NCBI GenBank assembly: GCA_018813905.1 | Contig: JAHJAO010000086.1 | Span: 702-64,701, forward strand | Origin: Candidatus Omnitrophota bacterium | GTDB taxonomy: Bacteria > Omnitrophota > Gorgyraeia > B26-G9 | DNA: 64,000 bases | Direction of reading: 5' to 3' | Shown here: in pieces, positions 20,705 through 30,062 of the stretch | Numbering within the stretch: position 1 is the stretch's first letter | Layout: the number at the start of each line of letters is the position of its first letter | The notes under the pieces: generated by a model | Told to the model about the DNA's origin: nothing | Databases searched by the model: none | The model's input: the letters and a program-made list of their open reading frames with translations, nothing else | Position numbers and translations under genes: made by a program

Positions 20705-21592
20705 TTAACCGCACCGTGCCGATTCCATATCTTTGATTATGGAATCTACGGCAATTTTTATGTTGGCATTGCCCCGGACAAAATCCTTAACCCGCATAAC
20801 TTTTTCCAAAAGCATTTGAATATCAGAAGCGCAGTAAAATTTTACCCATCTTTCTAAATCCGCTTTAAACTCCGGGCTCATCAAGGCACAATCCCTTGCG
20901 TTCAGTTTTAAAAATAAACCGTCCCTGAGCATAAATAAGACCTCTCCCAAAACGGTTTCCACTTCCCGCCTCTCGAGCAAACAAAGTTCATCTATTAATC
21001 TATTGCTTGAAAAGACATCGCTTTTTTCGAAAAATCTCGCTGCTATTTTTTTAAGATCATCAACAGCTGTTTCCGGCCCAGCTTTATCTTGAGTGATGCG
21101 GACAAGCCGGCACCGGGAAACAACCGTCGGCAAAAGCTGGCTCGCATTTTCGCAGGTCAAAATCAGCAAAGCATCCGGCGGCGGTTCCTCTAAGATTTTA
21201 AGCATGGCGTTGGCGGCCTGCGGGGTAAGACGCTGCGCGTTTTCAATCACAAATATTTTCTTCTGCGCCTGGTACGGCTTCAAATATACCTTTTCTTTTA
21301 AGTGCCGGATGTCTTCTATTTTTATCGAGGCCGTATCTATAGAAGGCGCAAGCCAAAGCACGTCTGGATGCTGTTTTTTTTCTATCATCCGGCAATTCTT
21401 GCAGGTATCGCAGTAGCCGTCTGATTTGGAATTCCCTTCTTCATCTAAACAATTTACCCGTTTTACCAGCGCCAAAATTTCATCACAGATTACGCCGGCA
21501 TTTGAGCCGACAAACAGAAAACTGCGGCCGGACTCAAGTCCAATACGGGCCGATGAACCAGCATTTTCTTTTAATAACTGTGTCTTTGTCAT
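20705..21592 (-). CDS. holB: DNA polymerase III delta' subunit
   Basis: 295 aa. Clamp-loader AAA+ fold, zinc module CDTCKNC, FVIENAQRLTPQAANAMLKILEEPP box. Confidence 0.85.
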   Translation of the reverse strand: MTKTQLLKENAGSSARIGLESGRSFLFVGSNAGVICDEILALVKRVNCLDEEGNSKSDGYCDTCKNCRMIEKKQHPDVLWLAPSIDTASIKIEDIRHLKEKVYLKPYQAQKKIFVIENAQRLTPQAANAMLKILEEPPPDALLILTCENASQLLPTVVSRCRLVRITQDKAGPETAVDDLKKIAARFFEKSDVFSSNRLIDELCLLERREVETVLGEVLFMLRDGLFLKLNARDCALMSPEFKADLERWVKFYCASDIQMLLEKVMRVKDFVRGNANIKIAVDSIIKDMESARCG

Positions 21593-21606
21593 GAAGTTAG
21601 AGCGCG

Positions 21607-22239
21607 CTATATTTTATTTTTACACCCCAGCCGATTGTGGATTATCTGCTGGATTTTTTCTTCCACATTTTCTATCGAGGTATCGGTAGCAATAACTTTT
21701 ATTCTTTTTTTATCTTTTTTCGCCAGCCGCAAATATCCGTTTCTTACTTTTCCGTGAAAGGCCAAATTACGCTTTTCAAACCGGTCACCCCGGCCAGAAC
21801 GGCTTATTCCTGTTTTGGGGCAGACATCCAGGAGTATTGTCAGATCCGGGACCAATTTTCCTACCGCGGCTTTATTCAATTGTTTTATCAGCCGAACATC
21901 CACGCCCGCCCCGTAACCCTGGTAAGCTAATGTCGCGTCGATATACCGGTCCAGAATAATCACGTCTTTCGTGTATAAATTCTTCTTAAGCTTTTGCGTA
22001 ACTAACTGTTCCCGCGCCGCTACAAATAACAGCGTTTCACAAAAAGCAGTCAGCTCATTTTTGCCATGCAGTAAAATCTCGCGTATTTTCTCGCCTACGC
22101 TTGAGCTGCCGGGTTCACGAAAAATACATACTTTATACCCCTGCCTTTTTAAAAACCGGCTCAAAATCCGGCAATGCGTGCTTTTGCCCGTGCCTTCGAT
22201 TCCTTCCATACTCAACAAAAAAGCGCGTTTTTTAGTCAT
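21607..22239 (-). CDS. tmk: thymidylate kinase
   Basis: 210 aa. P-loop EGIEGTGKST, DRY motif region. Precedes holB. Confidence 0.9.
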   Translation of the reverse strand: MTKKRAFLLSMEGIEGTGKSTHCRILSRFLKRQGYKVCIFREPGSSSVGEKIREILLHGKNELTAFCETLLFVAAREQLVTQKLKKNLYTKDVIILDRYIDATLAYQGYGAGVDVRLIKQLNKAAVGKLVPDLTILLDVCPKTGISRSGRGDRFEKRNLAFHGKVRNGYLRLAKKDKKRIKVIATDTSIENVEEKIQQIIHNRLGCKNKI

Positions 22240-22333
22240 AATTAGTAACTTAATTTTAACAGATATTTATGGATATAGCAAGCCTGCGCATATCCCGCAA
22301 GAAGAGGTTTATAAAGAAGTGCCGACACCGATA

Positions 22334-22753
22334 CTAAATCAGCTTTTTACCGCTGGTGGTCGTAGTAAAAGAGGCGTGTTTAATGCCTTTTACGGCACGC
22401 AATTTGTGGGCTAAGCCCACAATTGCCTGCGCCTGGCCTTTAGCAGCAATGATCTCCAAACAATTTTTATGGTCGAGATGGATATGCTGGGTAGAGATAA
22501 CTAGTTTTTGAAAATCGTGCTGAATATCTATGATTTTATTCACTAAATCGCGTCTGTGGTGGTCATAAACCAACCCGATTATCGCCGCAACCCTTTTGTT
22601 TTTAAACTGCCAGTCCCGTTCAATAAGCGAATCGCGGATCAGATCCGCTATCGCTTGTGAGCGGTTTTTGTAGTTGCGCCCGGAGATTAAACGGTCAAAA
22701 TCTTTCAAGAGCCGATCATTTAAAGATACGCCAAAACGGATAGTTCGGGACAT
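22334..22753 (-). CDS. nikR: nickel-responsive transcriptional regulator NikR (RHH + ACT-like metal-binding domain)
   Basis: 139 aa. N-terminal ribbon-helix-helix (RFGVSLNDRLLKDFD). C-terminal HxxxxxxxxxxH...C pattern (HIHLDHKNC) matches the NikR high-affinity Ni site. Confidence 0.8.
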   Translation of the reverse strand: MSRTIRFGVSLNDRLLKDFDRLISGRNYKNRSQAIADLIRDSLIERDWQFKNKRVAAIIGLVYDHHRRDLVNKIIDIQHDFQKLVISTQHIHLDHKNCLEIIAAKGQAQAIVGLAHKLRAVKGIKHASFTTTTSGKKLI

Positions 22754-22774
22754 AATTATATTTTTTAAAAAAAG

Positions 22775-22996
22775 TTATACCGCCTCAACTACTTTTACGG
22801 AAGGCAGTTCCTGTTTTAATTTATTTTCTATGCCCATTTTCAGCGTCATCTGACTCATGGGACAGCCGCGGCAAGCTCCGGTCAGCTTCACTTTTACCCT
22901 TCCATCTTCGGTAACTTCAACAAGTTCTACGTCGCCGCCGTCGGCCTGAAGTGCCGGGCGAATCTTTGCCAATACTTTTTCCACATCTTCCCGCAT
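22775..22996 (-). CDS. NifU-like C-terminal domain protein (Nfu-type Fe-S scaffold/carrier)
   Basis: Start set at ATG 22996 (GAGAGGAG SD 9 nt upstream; track ORF starts at 23050). 73 aa. CRGCPMS CxxC motif of the Nfu family. Confidence 0.75.
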   Translation of the reverse strand: MREDVEKVLAKIRPALQADGGDVELVEVTEDGRVKVKLTGACRGCPMSQMTLKMGIENKLKQELPSVKVVEAV

Positions 22997-23067
22997 AACA
23001 TTTTCTCCTCTCATCTTGCCAGTAGGTAAATTACAGATTACAAATCTCAAACAAATCTAAAATTTCA

Positions 23068-23096
23068 AATTGTTAATTGTTAATTTTCAATTGTTA
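23068..23096. promoter_or_regulatory. three tandem AATTGTTA repeats (with embedded CAATTG palindrome) ~70 nt upstream of the nfu-nikR start; candidate operator/promoter element
   Basis: aattgtta at 23068-23075, 23075-23082 and 23089-23096. AT-rich. Lies between the DUF167 stop and the nfu start. Confidence 0.3.
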
Positions 23097-23327
23097 TTTC
23101 CGTTCTTCTGTCTTAATATTTAGAATCTTTTTAGAATTATATTTTCCCTTTACGAACATAATCGCCGATTTTGGCACCTTAAAATATTCGGCGAGCATAT
23201 CTAAAAGTTTGCGATTGGCCTTGCCCCGTTCGCGAGCGGTAATCAATTTTACCAAAAATTCGCCCTTGGATTGCTGAATTATTTGGTTAACCGAAGCACT
23301 GGTTATTACCTTTACGCTTATAAACAT
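23094..23327 (-). CDS. DUF167 (YggU) family protein
   Basis: 77 aa. VKVITSASVNQI...GEFLVKLITARERGKANRKLLDMLAEYFKVPKSAIMFVKGKYNSKKIL matches the DUF167/YggU pattern. Confidence 0.65.
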   Translation of the reverse strand: MFISVKVITSASVNQIIQQSKGEFLVKLITARERGKANRKLLDMLAEYFKVPKSAIMFVKGKYNSKKILNIKTEERK

Positions 23328-23334
23328 GCTTTTT

Positions 23335-24696
23335 TTATTCTACCTGGGGCAATTCTTTTAACGCCTCTTCAATTTTGTCCTTAGGATATTCATAATCCTC
23401 GAGTTTATCGGCAAAATATTTGTCATAGGCTCCCAGGTCAAAAAATCCATGGCCGCTGTAGTTAAATACGATGGTCCGAGCGACCTTTTCCTGTTTACAC
23501 TTTATGGCCTCATCAATCGCCGCCCGCACCGCATGCGCTGTTTCCGGAGCGGGAATCCGGCCCTCCGCGCGGGCAAAAGTAACCGCGGCCTCAAATATAG
23601 CTCTTTGATGAAAACTTGCCGCTTCCACTATTTTTTCCTGGGCAAGTAAACTCACCAGCGGCGCCATACCGTGATAACGCAGGCCGCCGGCATGAATGCC
23701 CGGCGGGACAAAGTTATGTCCGAGCGTAAACATCTTAATCAAGGGCGTCATCTGAGCGGTATCGCCGAAATCATAGCGGTAAGGCCCTTTGGTTAGCGTC
23801 GGGCAGGCCGTAGGCTCGGTACCGATAAAACGTATCTTTCTATCTTTATTCAAATCCTCGTCAAAAATGAACGGAAAAACAAACCCGGCGAAATTACTTC
23901 CGCCGCCACAGCAGCCGATCATGATATCCGGCTTCTCGCCGATTTGCATCAACTGTTTTTTGGTTTCAAGGCCGATGATACTCTGGTGCATCAATACATG
24001 GTTTAATACGCTGCCTAAAGAATATTTAGTATCCTTACTCGTTACCGTATCCTCAATCGCCTCGCTTATGGCGATACCGAGGCTGCCCGGGCAGTTCGGG
24101 TCTTTTTCCAGAATCATTTTTCCGGTTTTGGTGCGGGTACTGGGACTTGGAAAAATCTGCGCTTTCCAGATTTGCATAAGCGAACGCCGATATGGTTTTT
24201 GTTCATAACTGACTTTAACCATATAGACCACGCACTCCAGGCCGAAAAAATTAGTGGCAAAAGCCAGGGCGCTGCCCCACTGGCCGGCGCCGGTTTCAGT
24301 AGCTAATCTTTTTGTGCCGGCCTTTTTGTTATAGTAAGCCTGCGCAATCGCGGTATTCGGTTTGTGCGAGCCGGGCGGACTGACAGATTCATCCTTAAAA
24401 TATATCCGGGCCGGTGTATCGAGAAATTTTTCCAAACGCCTTGCCCGAATCAAAGGTGTCGGTCTCCAGATGGACAAAATATTCAGTATTTCCTCCGGAA
24501 TATCGATCCAGCGCACAGTACTTACTTCCTGCTCAATTAAAGACATCGGAAAAATCGCGGCAAAGTCCTCCGGGGTTGCCGGCTTTCCCGTACCCGGATT
24601 AAGCGGCGGCGGCAGAGGGTGAGCCAGATCTGCCTGGATATTGTACCATTTCCTGGGCATATCTTTTTTTGAAAGCAGAATTCTATTATCTTCCAT
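23335..24696 (-). CDS. trpB: tryptophan synthase beta chain, TrpB2-type (stand-alone)
   Basis: 453 aa (TrpB2 length class). PLP lysine region [14 protein letters not shown] loop. No trpA or other trp genes nearby. Confidence 0.85.
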   Translation of the reverse strand: MEDNRILLSKKDMPRKWYNIQADLAHPLPPPLNPGTGKPATPEDFAAIFPMSLIEQEVSTVRWIDIPEEILNILSIWRPTPLIRARRLEKFLDTPARIYFKDESVSPPGSHKPNTAIAQAYYNKKAGTKRLATETGAGQWGSALAFATNFFGLECVVYMVKVSYEQKPYRRSLMQIWKAQIFPSPSTRTKTGKMILEKDPNCPGSLGIAISEAIEDTVTSKDTKYSLGSVLNHVLMHQSIIGLETKKQLMQIGEKPDIMIGCCGGGSNFAGFVFPFIFDEDLNKDRKIRFIGTEPTACPTLTKGPYRYDFGDTAQMTPLIKMFTLGHNFVPPGIHAGGLRYHGMAPLVSLLAQEKIVEAASFHQRAIFEAAVTFARAEGRIPAPETAHAVRAAIDEAIKCKQEKVARTIVFNYSGHGFFDLGAYDKYFADKLEDYEYPKDKIEEALKELPQVE

Positions 24697-24725
24697 CTTT
24701 CCCTCCTTAATTTTGTTTTTGAGAA

Positions 24726-24754
24726 CAATTTAGTTTAAAATAGCACAAAAAGGC
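24726..24754 (-). promoter_or_regulatory. candidate sigma70 promoter for trpB2 (TTGACG-N17-TATTTT)
   Basis: On the minus strand: -35 TTGACG (24749-24754), 17-nt spacer, -10 TATTTT (24726-24731). AAGGAGGG SD 7 nt before the trpB2 ATG. Confidence 0.4.
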
Positions 24755-24847
24755 GGGTTCGTCAACGACAAGGAAAAGTTAAATAATTTTTCCAAAAGAT
24801 CGCAATTTTTAAGGCGAGAGCTATCCAACTGTCATCTGTTAACCAAA

Positions 24848-26035
24848 TCATATTGCTTGTTCCACAAACACCATATTGGCAGATAATCCGCTTTGGGTCT
24901 TTATGCTGAACAGGTCTTTTATTTGCTCCAAAGCAGCGTTGTGGCCATAAACACTATTATCCAGCATAACCGGAAGTCCTAAGTTTATATAGTGCTCGAT
25001 TAACCGTTGCTGCGCCGAATAGGCGGCGGAAGATTCAAAAGTAAACAATCGGCGCAAAAATTTATCCATGAGCAGCGTTAATCTCTCTCCGACATAAGTG
25101 CTGTAGGGCAGATTATCCTTTTCCGCGGCCGGGCCATAGTACGCCCGCTTGGCCAGGCGGTGATAGGCCCAGGCGAAAAATTCGGAAGCGATGCTAAACG
25201 GCGGGTTTTGATATTCAGCCAAAATATTTCTCAAACCCGCGCCGGTTAAGTTAAAAAACATTTTTTGCCCCAGGTCGAAGTCGACTTCGATACCGCCCCA
25301 CGCCACTGTATAAGAAAATCGCGGCAGCTGATTACCGAAAAATTTCAACATCAAGCCTTCCGCCTCAACCTTAGTTATATTTCCTTTTATAAAATCGTTT
25401 ATGACGATACCCGGATAATTATACTGGAAACGCAATAACTGTTTAATCTCCATAAAGATATTCCATAACTCTTTATCCTGCGCATAGTACAGATCAGCCT
25501 CGATCCTATTAAAATCCTGGATAAAACTTATCTCCTTATCTACCGGCCGGCGGCTTCTATAAACGGCAATATGTCCGGCATGCACGGCCTCATGCGTCAT
25601 GCGTTCATGTAAACTGATCTCATCCGCGCCTTTGGCGAAAATCCAGATATTCAAGTGCGCATCAAAGCAACCGACGGTTGTCGGATGAAATCCTTTTTTC
25701 AAAATAAACTCCTGCCACCATAACTCATCATAGATAAAGTTTACGTTCGCGCCTTTTTTCTGCGCGATCCTACGGTAAAAATCCACGTTGTCCGGCACCC
25801 CAAACAAAGAAGAACCGTTTGTATCTTCTGCCCGGCGTGATCGTTGCGGAGCAGCGGTTATTATGGAAAATTCAGCCTTATTTATCGCTGCCTGTTGAAA
25901 AGGCGCTTGAAACTGCTGGTAAGCGATTTGCAGCGCCGGCGCAAGATAGTCTCCTCTGGCCCAAGCTGTTGGGCAAAGTAAAACTCCCGGCAAAAGCAAC
26001 ACGGCTATAATTTTAAAAACTAATTTATTATTCAT
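24848..26035 (-). CDS. secreted protein with HEXXH zinc-metallopeptidase-like motif, family unknown
   Basis: 395 aa. N-terminal signal peptide (KIIAVLLLPGVLLCPTAWA). Internal HERMTHEAVHAGH (HEXXH + downstream H). No other domain recognised. Confidence 0.55.
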   Translation of the reverse strand: MNNKLVFKIIAVLLLPGVLLCPTAWARGDYLAPALQIAYQQFQAPFQQAAINKAEFSIITAAPQRSRRAEDTNGSSLFGVPDNVDFYRRIAQKKGANVNFIYDELWWQEFILKKGFHPTTVGCFDAHLNIWIFAKGADEISLHERMTHEAVHAGHIAVYRSRRPVDKEISFIQDFNRIEADLYYAQDKELWNIFMEIKQLLRFQYNYPGIVINDFIKGNITKVEAEGLMLKFFGNQLPRFSYTVAWGGIEVDFDLGQKMFFNLTGAGLRNILAEYQNPPFSIASEFFAWAYHRLAKRAYYGPAAEKDNLPYSTYVGERLTLLMDKFLRRLFTFESSAAYSAQQRLIEHYINLGLPVMLDNSVYGHNAALEQIKDLFSIKTQSGLSANMVFVEQAI

Positions 26036-26077
26036 ATCCTGAATGTAATTTTGAAACTATAAAAAGTGTTAAAGTAT

Positions 26078-26106
26078 ACCACAAGAAATTGGTCTTGGCA
26101 AGCAAA
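26078..26106 (-). promoter_or_regulatory. candidate sigma70 promoter (TTGCCA-N17-TATACT) for the HEXXH-protein gene
   Basis: On the minus strand: -35 TTGCCA (26101-26106), 17-nt spacer, -10 TATACT (26078-26083), about 45 nt upstream of the ATG at 26035. Confidence 0.5.
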
Positions 26107-26203
26107 GCGGTACTTAGAACCTAGGGCGGGTTACTTATCTTAACTTATTGATATAAAATGAGTTATGGATGAGCAAGGCCTGTTTTATATCCAGCCGCCT
26201 AAC

Positions 26204-26264
26204 TCCAATATGCGCATGTGCACGGTATTATTTTCCGTTATCTTGACGTGCGCTTGTTGGCCGA
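26204..26264. repeat. 61-bp perfect direct repeat, copy 1 (orphan duplicate of the cupin gene 3' end; homology with mismatches extends to ~26186-26273)
   Basis: tccaatatgcgcatgtgcacggtattattttccgttatcttgacgtgcgcttgttggccga is identical to 30105-30165. On the minus strand it encodes VGQQAHVKITENNTVHMRILELGGWI*, against the cupin gene's ...LGQQAHVKITENNTVHMRILELDEWIPAKSKRGLK*. Confidence 0.9.
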
Positions 26265-26304
26265 CATAAAACTGCGGGGGTTATTTGGACACCAAATATG
26301 ATAA

Positions 26305-27537
26305 TTATTCAACGCTGGAAATATTGATATCTTTTACTCTCGTATTTTCCAAGCTAACATTAAGCGCAATCTCTTTCCTTAAAGGTTCATTCTTAAAATC
26401 ATAAATCAGAACATCTTTATATGTTATTGCCGCAGGGGTTTTAGAAACCTTTAATTTTTCCGGTAATATCGTTTTTATATCAGAAATGTCCATTCCTTTA
26501 TATACCCTTCCATAAAAAGTATAGACTTCACTGACCGGTTTTTCTTTATAATGCTTTTTAACCAGTTTCTCTCCTGTCAATAGCAAATAATCTTCTTTAA
26601 ATTCTTCTTTATAACAAAATTCTTTCATCGATGTTCTTTCTATATGATTTTTCTCGCCTACATAAAATTTTGACTTTTCTTTGACAAACATACTTTCTTT
26701 TATATAGTTTTCTATCTTTTTTATCCTGTCAGGCACGGGGGGATGTGTTGAAAAATATCTTACGAGCAGTCCTACAGTCGCTCTTGCCGTATCTCCAACT
26801 GGCGTAATTGGTTCAAAAAATTCTCCTTTAGATAATTCCTTTTCAAAGATACGTTTAAAGACAGAAACAGCAGCTAAAGGATGATATCCCGCTTTGTAGG
26901 CCAAATATACTCCTCCCAAATCCGCCTCCGTTTCCTGAAATTCAGAGTATCCAGTTTTTAAAAAAATTTGGTAGCCGATATCCACATAAGTATCTAAATC
27001 CATCACCCCTATAATTTTTTCCAACCTAATTTTATATTGAATTGCTCCAATACAATGCTTTGCGTCAACATGCACTATCTCGTGCCCTAAGATAGCTGCT
27101 AGTTCTGCTTCGGATTTGAGTTGAGCGATTAACCCCATTGAGATATAAATATGCCCTCCGGGAAGCGCAAACGCTTCCGGATAGAAACTATCTAAGATAT
27201 GGGTTTTATAATTAATTTTTTTTCTCTTTACGTTTTTACAAATTATCTGTGCCACCTCATCTATATATTTATGTATTGGGGTATTATTAAACTTTTCTTT
27301 TCCATAAGAAACGCTAATTTTCTTATGTATTTTATTTCCGACCTCCATTTCTTCTTCATCGGTTAAAGAAGTTAAAATATGCCCGGCCTTGTCCGCATGA
27401 TGCAAGATACTTTCAACAAACTCGGAAACCGAATTAAAACTCACTTTATCCGAAGGATTGCCTTTAATCATAATAAATGCAATCGCCAGAATGCTGACTA
27501 ATAAACTAACCGCTAAATAAACATTCCTTAGTTTCAT
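26305..27537 (-). CDS. M48-family zinc metalloprotease (BepA/YfgC/HtpX-like), N-terminal membrane anchor
   Basis: 410 aa. N-terminal TM helix. ILGHEIVHVDAKH matches the M48 HEXXH..H consensus (cf. BepA AHEISHVTQRH). Markedly AT-rich relative to its neighbours. Confidence 0.75.
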   Translation of the reverse strand: MKLRNVYLAVSLLVSILAIAFIMIKGNPSDKVSFNSVSEFVESILHHADKAGHILTSLTDEEEMEVGNKIHKKISVSYGKEKFNNTPIHKYIDEVAQIICKNVKRKKINYKTHILDSFYPEAFALPGGHIYISMGLIAQLKSEAELAAILGHEIVHVDAKHCIGAIQYKIRLEKIIGVMDLDTYVDIGYQIFLKTGYSEFQETEADLGGVYLAYKAGYHPLAAVSVFKRIFEKELSKGEFFEPITPVGDTARATVGLLVRYFSTHPPVPDRIKKIENYIKESMFVKEKSKFYVGEKNHIERTSMKEFCYKEEFKEDYLLLTGEKLVKKHYKEKPVSEVYTFYGRVYKGMDISDIKTILPEKLKVSKTPAAITYKDVLIYDFKNEPLRKEIALNVSLENTRVKDINISSVE

Positions 27538-27548
27538 AAAAACTTCTA

Positions 27549-30062
27549 TTATATAAACTTTTTGATTGTATCTTTATATTTCGTATAAATAAATGAGACG
27601 AAAAGCAATATCGCACCCAGCGCTATTAAAGACAATATGTAATGTAACGTGGATAGTTGTCTCAAATCAATCAAAAACGCTTTTAATAACGTTCCGAACA
27701 AAATTATAAGCCCATATATACGCCAATTTTTGTCTTTAAACCCAAACCCAAACAAAAATAGCAATAATCCCTCTGTCCCCAAACCGATAGTTAACATTAC
27801 CCCGCTTAATTTTACCATCAAAATCGTCGTTAAGAGAATAGTTGCCGATAAACCAAAAACAAATCTCGGCCAATATAAAAACTTCCTTATAAGCCCTCTT
27901 TTTAATTCTGTAACATTTTCGATTATTTGCCTGGCAGTCAAATAGATAAAATTACCGGCGTACAAAGCCCCTACGGTAATACTTGAAAAAAACATATCGC
28001 CGGTCATCCCTACCAGATATTTTTCCTGCAAAACATTGACAAAAATAGCTCTTAATGCGGCGGCGATTGCGGCGATTGAACTGATAGCAAGATAACAGTG
28101 TTTTTTTGATCTTATCGCGATGAATGAATATATTAAGGCGATAATTCCCCATGCAGCTGCGACAACATGCTTAGGTGCTTCAGCTCTCGTTAAAAACATG
28201 ATGCTGCCAAAAATTAAATAATGATAAACTATCCCCATCTTTTTTTCCGCTTCGTTTAATATCGCCTTTATTTTTTCGTCATTTAAAAGCATGACGCAAT
28301 AGTAAAAAAGCATGATGACGGGTGTTACACTCAAAATTCGATAACTAATCCCTCCGATCTCACCGTCAATGGACATATTGGACATGAGCAGCCTTAGAAA
28401 ACTTCCTACTCCCAACACAAAACCTTGCAACCTTTGATAATTCGTATTATTCGAAATCCCCAATCGCAATAAGATAACTCCTAATATCATCCAAGCCGGA
28501 GCTGTCAAAACTTTTGGCAAATCAAGCCATGTTCCCAGCACGTAGATAATAATATAAGCGTAAGAAATTATTGGCGGATGACTCTTTTCCTTTTCGATAA
28601 GCATTTTTTTTCTTTCAAGACGTTGATACGCGAGATAGTCGATTAAATAGGCAACCGCCGCAAAACATAAGAAAAGAATCCGTTTACTTAAATGATAACT
28701 TAACGGTATGTTCTCTATTAAGGGGATATCGGCAAATAAAATTTTACCTAAAATCAGCATCAAAAAGCTAAATGAGAATATCCGCCAGTAAGGCTCTTTC
28801 AATACTATACCTGTCAAAAATACAACTTGTGCAAGAATGATGTAAGATACCGTAAGTTTATATCCCGCATATTCCAACGCTAAAAAGTAAGCTGTAAATA
28901 AGATGGAAAAGATAGAGCTGATCAAGCATAATTGTCTCTGCTTAAAACAATAAGAAATAATAGTGAGCATTAAATACAATCCTGCCCCAATTAATAATGC
29001 TGGTCGCACATACTCCATAAATCCGTTTTGCAGCAAAAAGTAAGTTAAAAACGCGACAACTACAGCATTAACGATGTGGGTCGCTTCTTTTATCCTGATA
29101 TATAAATTGTTATTGTCATTGTCCCGGATAAGAAACGTCGCTAAAACAAAAATTGCCCAGTAAAGGCCAAGGAATCCTATTGCCGTAAAAAATTGCGTTT
29201 TCCCTAAAATCACGCCCGGTGTTGGCGTAAACCAGCAAAGATAAGTAAAATACGTCATGGCCATTCCATATAAACCGAATTTTGCCCATTGCTCTTTAAC
29301 CAGAAAGAAAATGAGGGATAGAGCTACAAGGGTAGTCGCTAACATCGTGTACAGAGACAAAGGGGAAACCATCAAGGTTATAAACATTAAAAGGTATGAA
29401 AATACAGTTGCCAATTCCGATCTATATTTATATATGTGGGCTGCCGCCGCGAATGATACACCCAAGAGAAATACTATTCCGATCAAGGGGCTTTTTATTA
29501 ATTGGACATCGGCAATATGATGCATCGCGTATGTCGTAAAATACAATATTGCCCATGCACCACCAATTAAAGTTTTACCGTAAACAGAAAAGTTATTTTT
29601 CTTTTCAATTTTAGCCCCAAAAATAAGTATACCTAATCCGCTTACATATCCTATGGAAATTTTACCGACAGCCCCTAAATACTTGAAGGAATATCCAATT
29701 AAAAGGGCAATCCCGATTACAACCGCAAGAATACCCAGCTTATTGAATAATTTTCCACCTAAAATCTGTTCAAAATTCTCTATCCAGCTCTTTTTTTGTT
29801 TAGGTAATTCTGTTGTTGTTTGAAACTTTGGTTTTTCAGTTTTTTTTACCTCTTCTTTTTTTACGTCTTGCGGTTTTTCTTCTTTTGCAACTATTTGCTT
29901 GCCGCTTCTTATCTCCTCTATTTCTTTAAGAATCCTCTTTGCCTGGTTTTCCAATTGAGCGAGTCTATCTTCGCTGCCTAAAAGTTCTAGAGGAATCCTG
30001 CAAAGTAAACATACTCCCCATAAATCGCCATACTGCTTACCGCATTTTGGACACTCTTTCAT
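27549..30062 (-). CDS. large polytopic membrane protein with N-terminal zinc ribbon and coiled coil (DUF2339-like)
   Basis: 837 aa. MKECPKCGKQYGDLWGVCLLCRIP C4 ribbon, K/E-rich coiled-coil linker, then >20 predicted TM helices in repeated blocks. AT-rich. Start overlaps the cupin stop (ATGA). Confidence 0.65.
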   Translation of the reverse strand: MKECPKCGKQYGDLWGVCLLCRIPLELLGSEDRLAQLENQAKRILKEIEEIRSGKQIVAKEEKPQDVKKEEVKKTEKPKFQTTTELPKQKKSWIENFEQILGGKLFNKLGILAVVIGIALLIGYSFKYLGAVGKISIGYVSGLGILIFGAKIEKKNNFSVYGKTLIGGAWAILYFTTYAMHHIADVQLIKSPLIGIVFLLGVSFAAAAHIYKYRSELATVFSYLLMFITLMVSPLSLYTMLATTLVALSLIFFLVKEQWAKFGLYGMAMTYFTYLCWFTPTPGVILGKTQFFTAIGFLGLYWAIFVLATFLIRDNDNNNLYIRIKEATHIVNAVVVAFLTYFLLQNGFMEYVRPALLIGAGLYLMLTIISYCFKQRQLCLISSIFSILFTAYFLALEYAGYKLTVSYIILAQVVFLTGIVLKEPYWRIFSFSFLMLILGKILFADIPLIENIPLSYHLSKRILFLCFAAVAYLIDYLAYQRLERKKMLIEKEKSHPPIISYAYIIIYVLGTWLDLPKVLTAPAWMILGVILLRLGISNNTNYQRLQGFVLGVGSFLRLLMSNMSIDGEIGGISYRILSVTPVIMLFYYCVMLLNDEKIKAILNEAEKKMGIVYHYLIFGSIMFLTRAEAPKHVVAAAWGIIALIYSFIAIRSKKHCYLAISSIAAIAAALRAIFVNVLQEKYLVGMTGDMFFSSITVGALYAGNFIYLTARQIIENVTELKRGLIRKFLYWPRFVFGLSATILLTTILMVKLSGVMLTIGLGTEGLLLFLFGFGFKDKNWRIYGLIILFGTLLKAFLIDLRQLSTLHYILSLIALGAILLFVSFIYTKYKDTIKKFI

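Noticed and set aside
24697-24847. Possible T-box/attenuator leader upstream of trpB2
   Set aside because: I could not find a specifier-loop/T-box consensus or a Trp-codon leader peptide. Only a sigma70-like promoter and SD were evident.
26036-26304. tRNA gene as integration target near the direct repeat
   Set aside because: No cloverleaf-compatible sequence (no GTTC/TΨC arm-like or CCA features) in either repeat-adjacent region. The repeat derives from a protein-coding 3' end instead.
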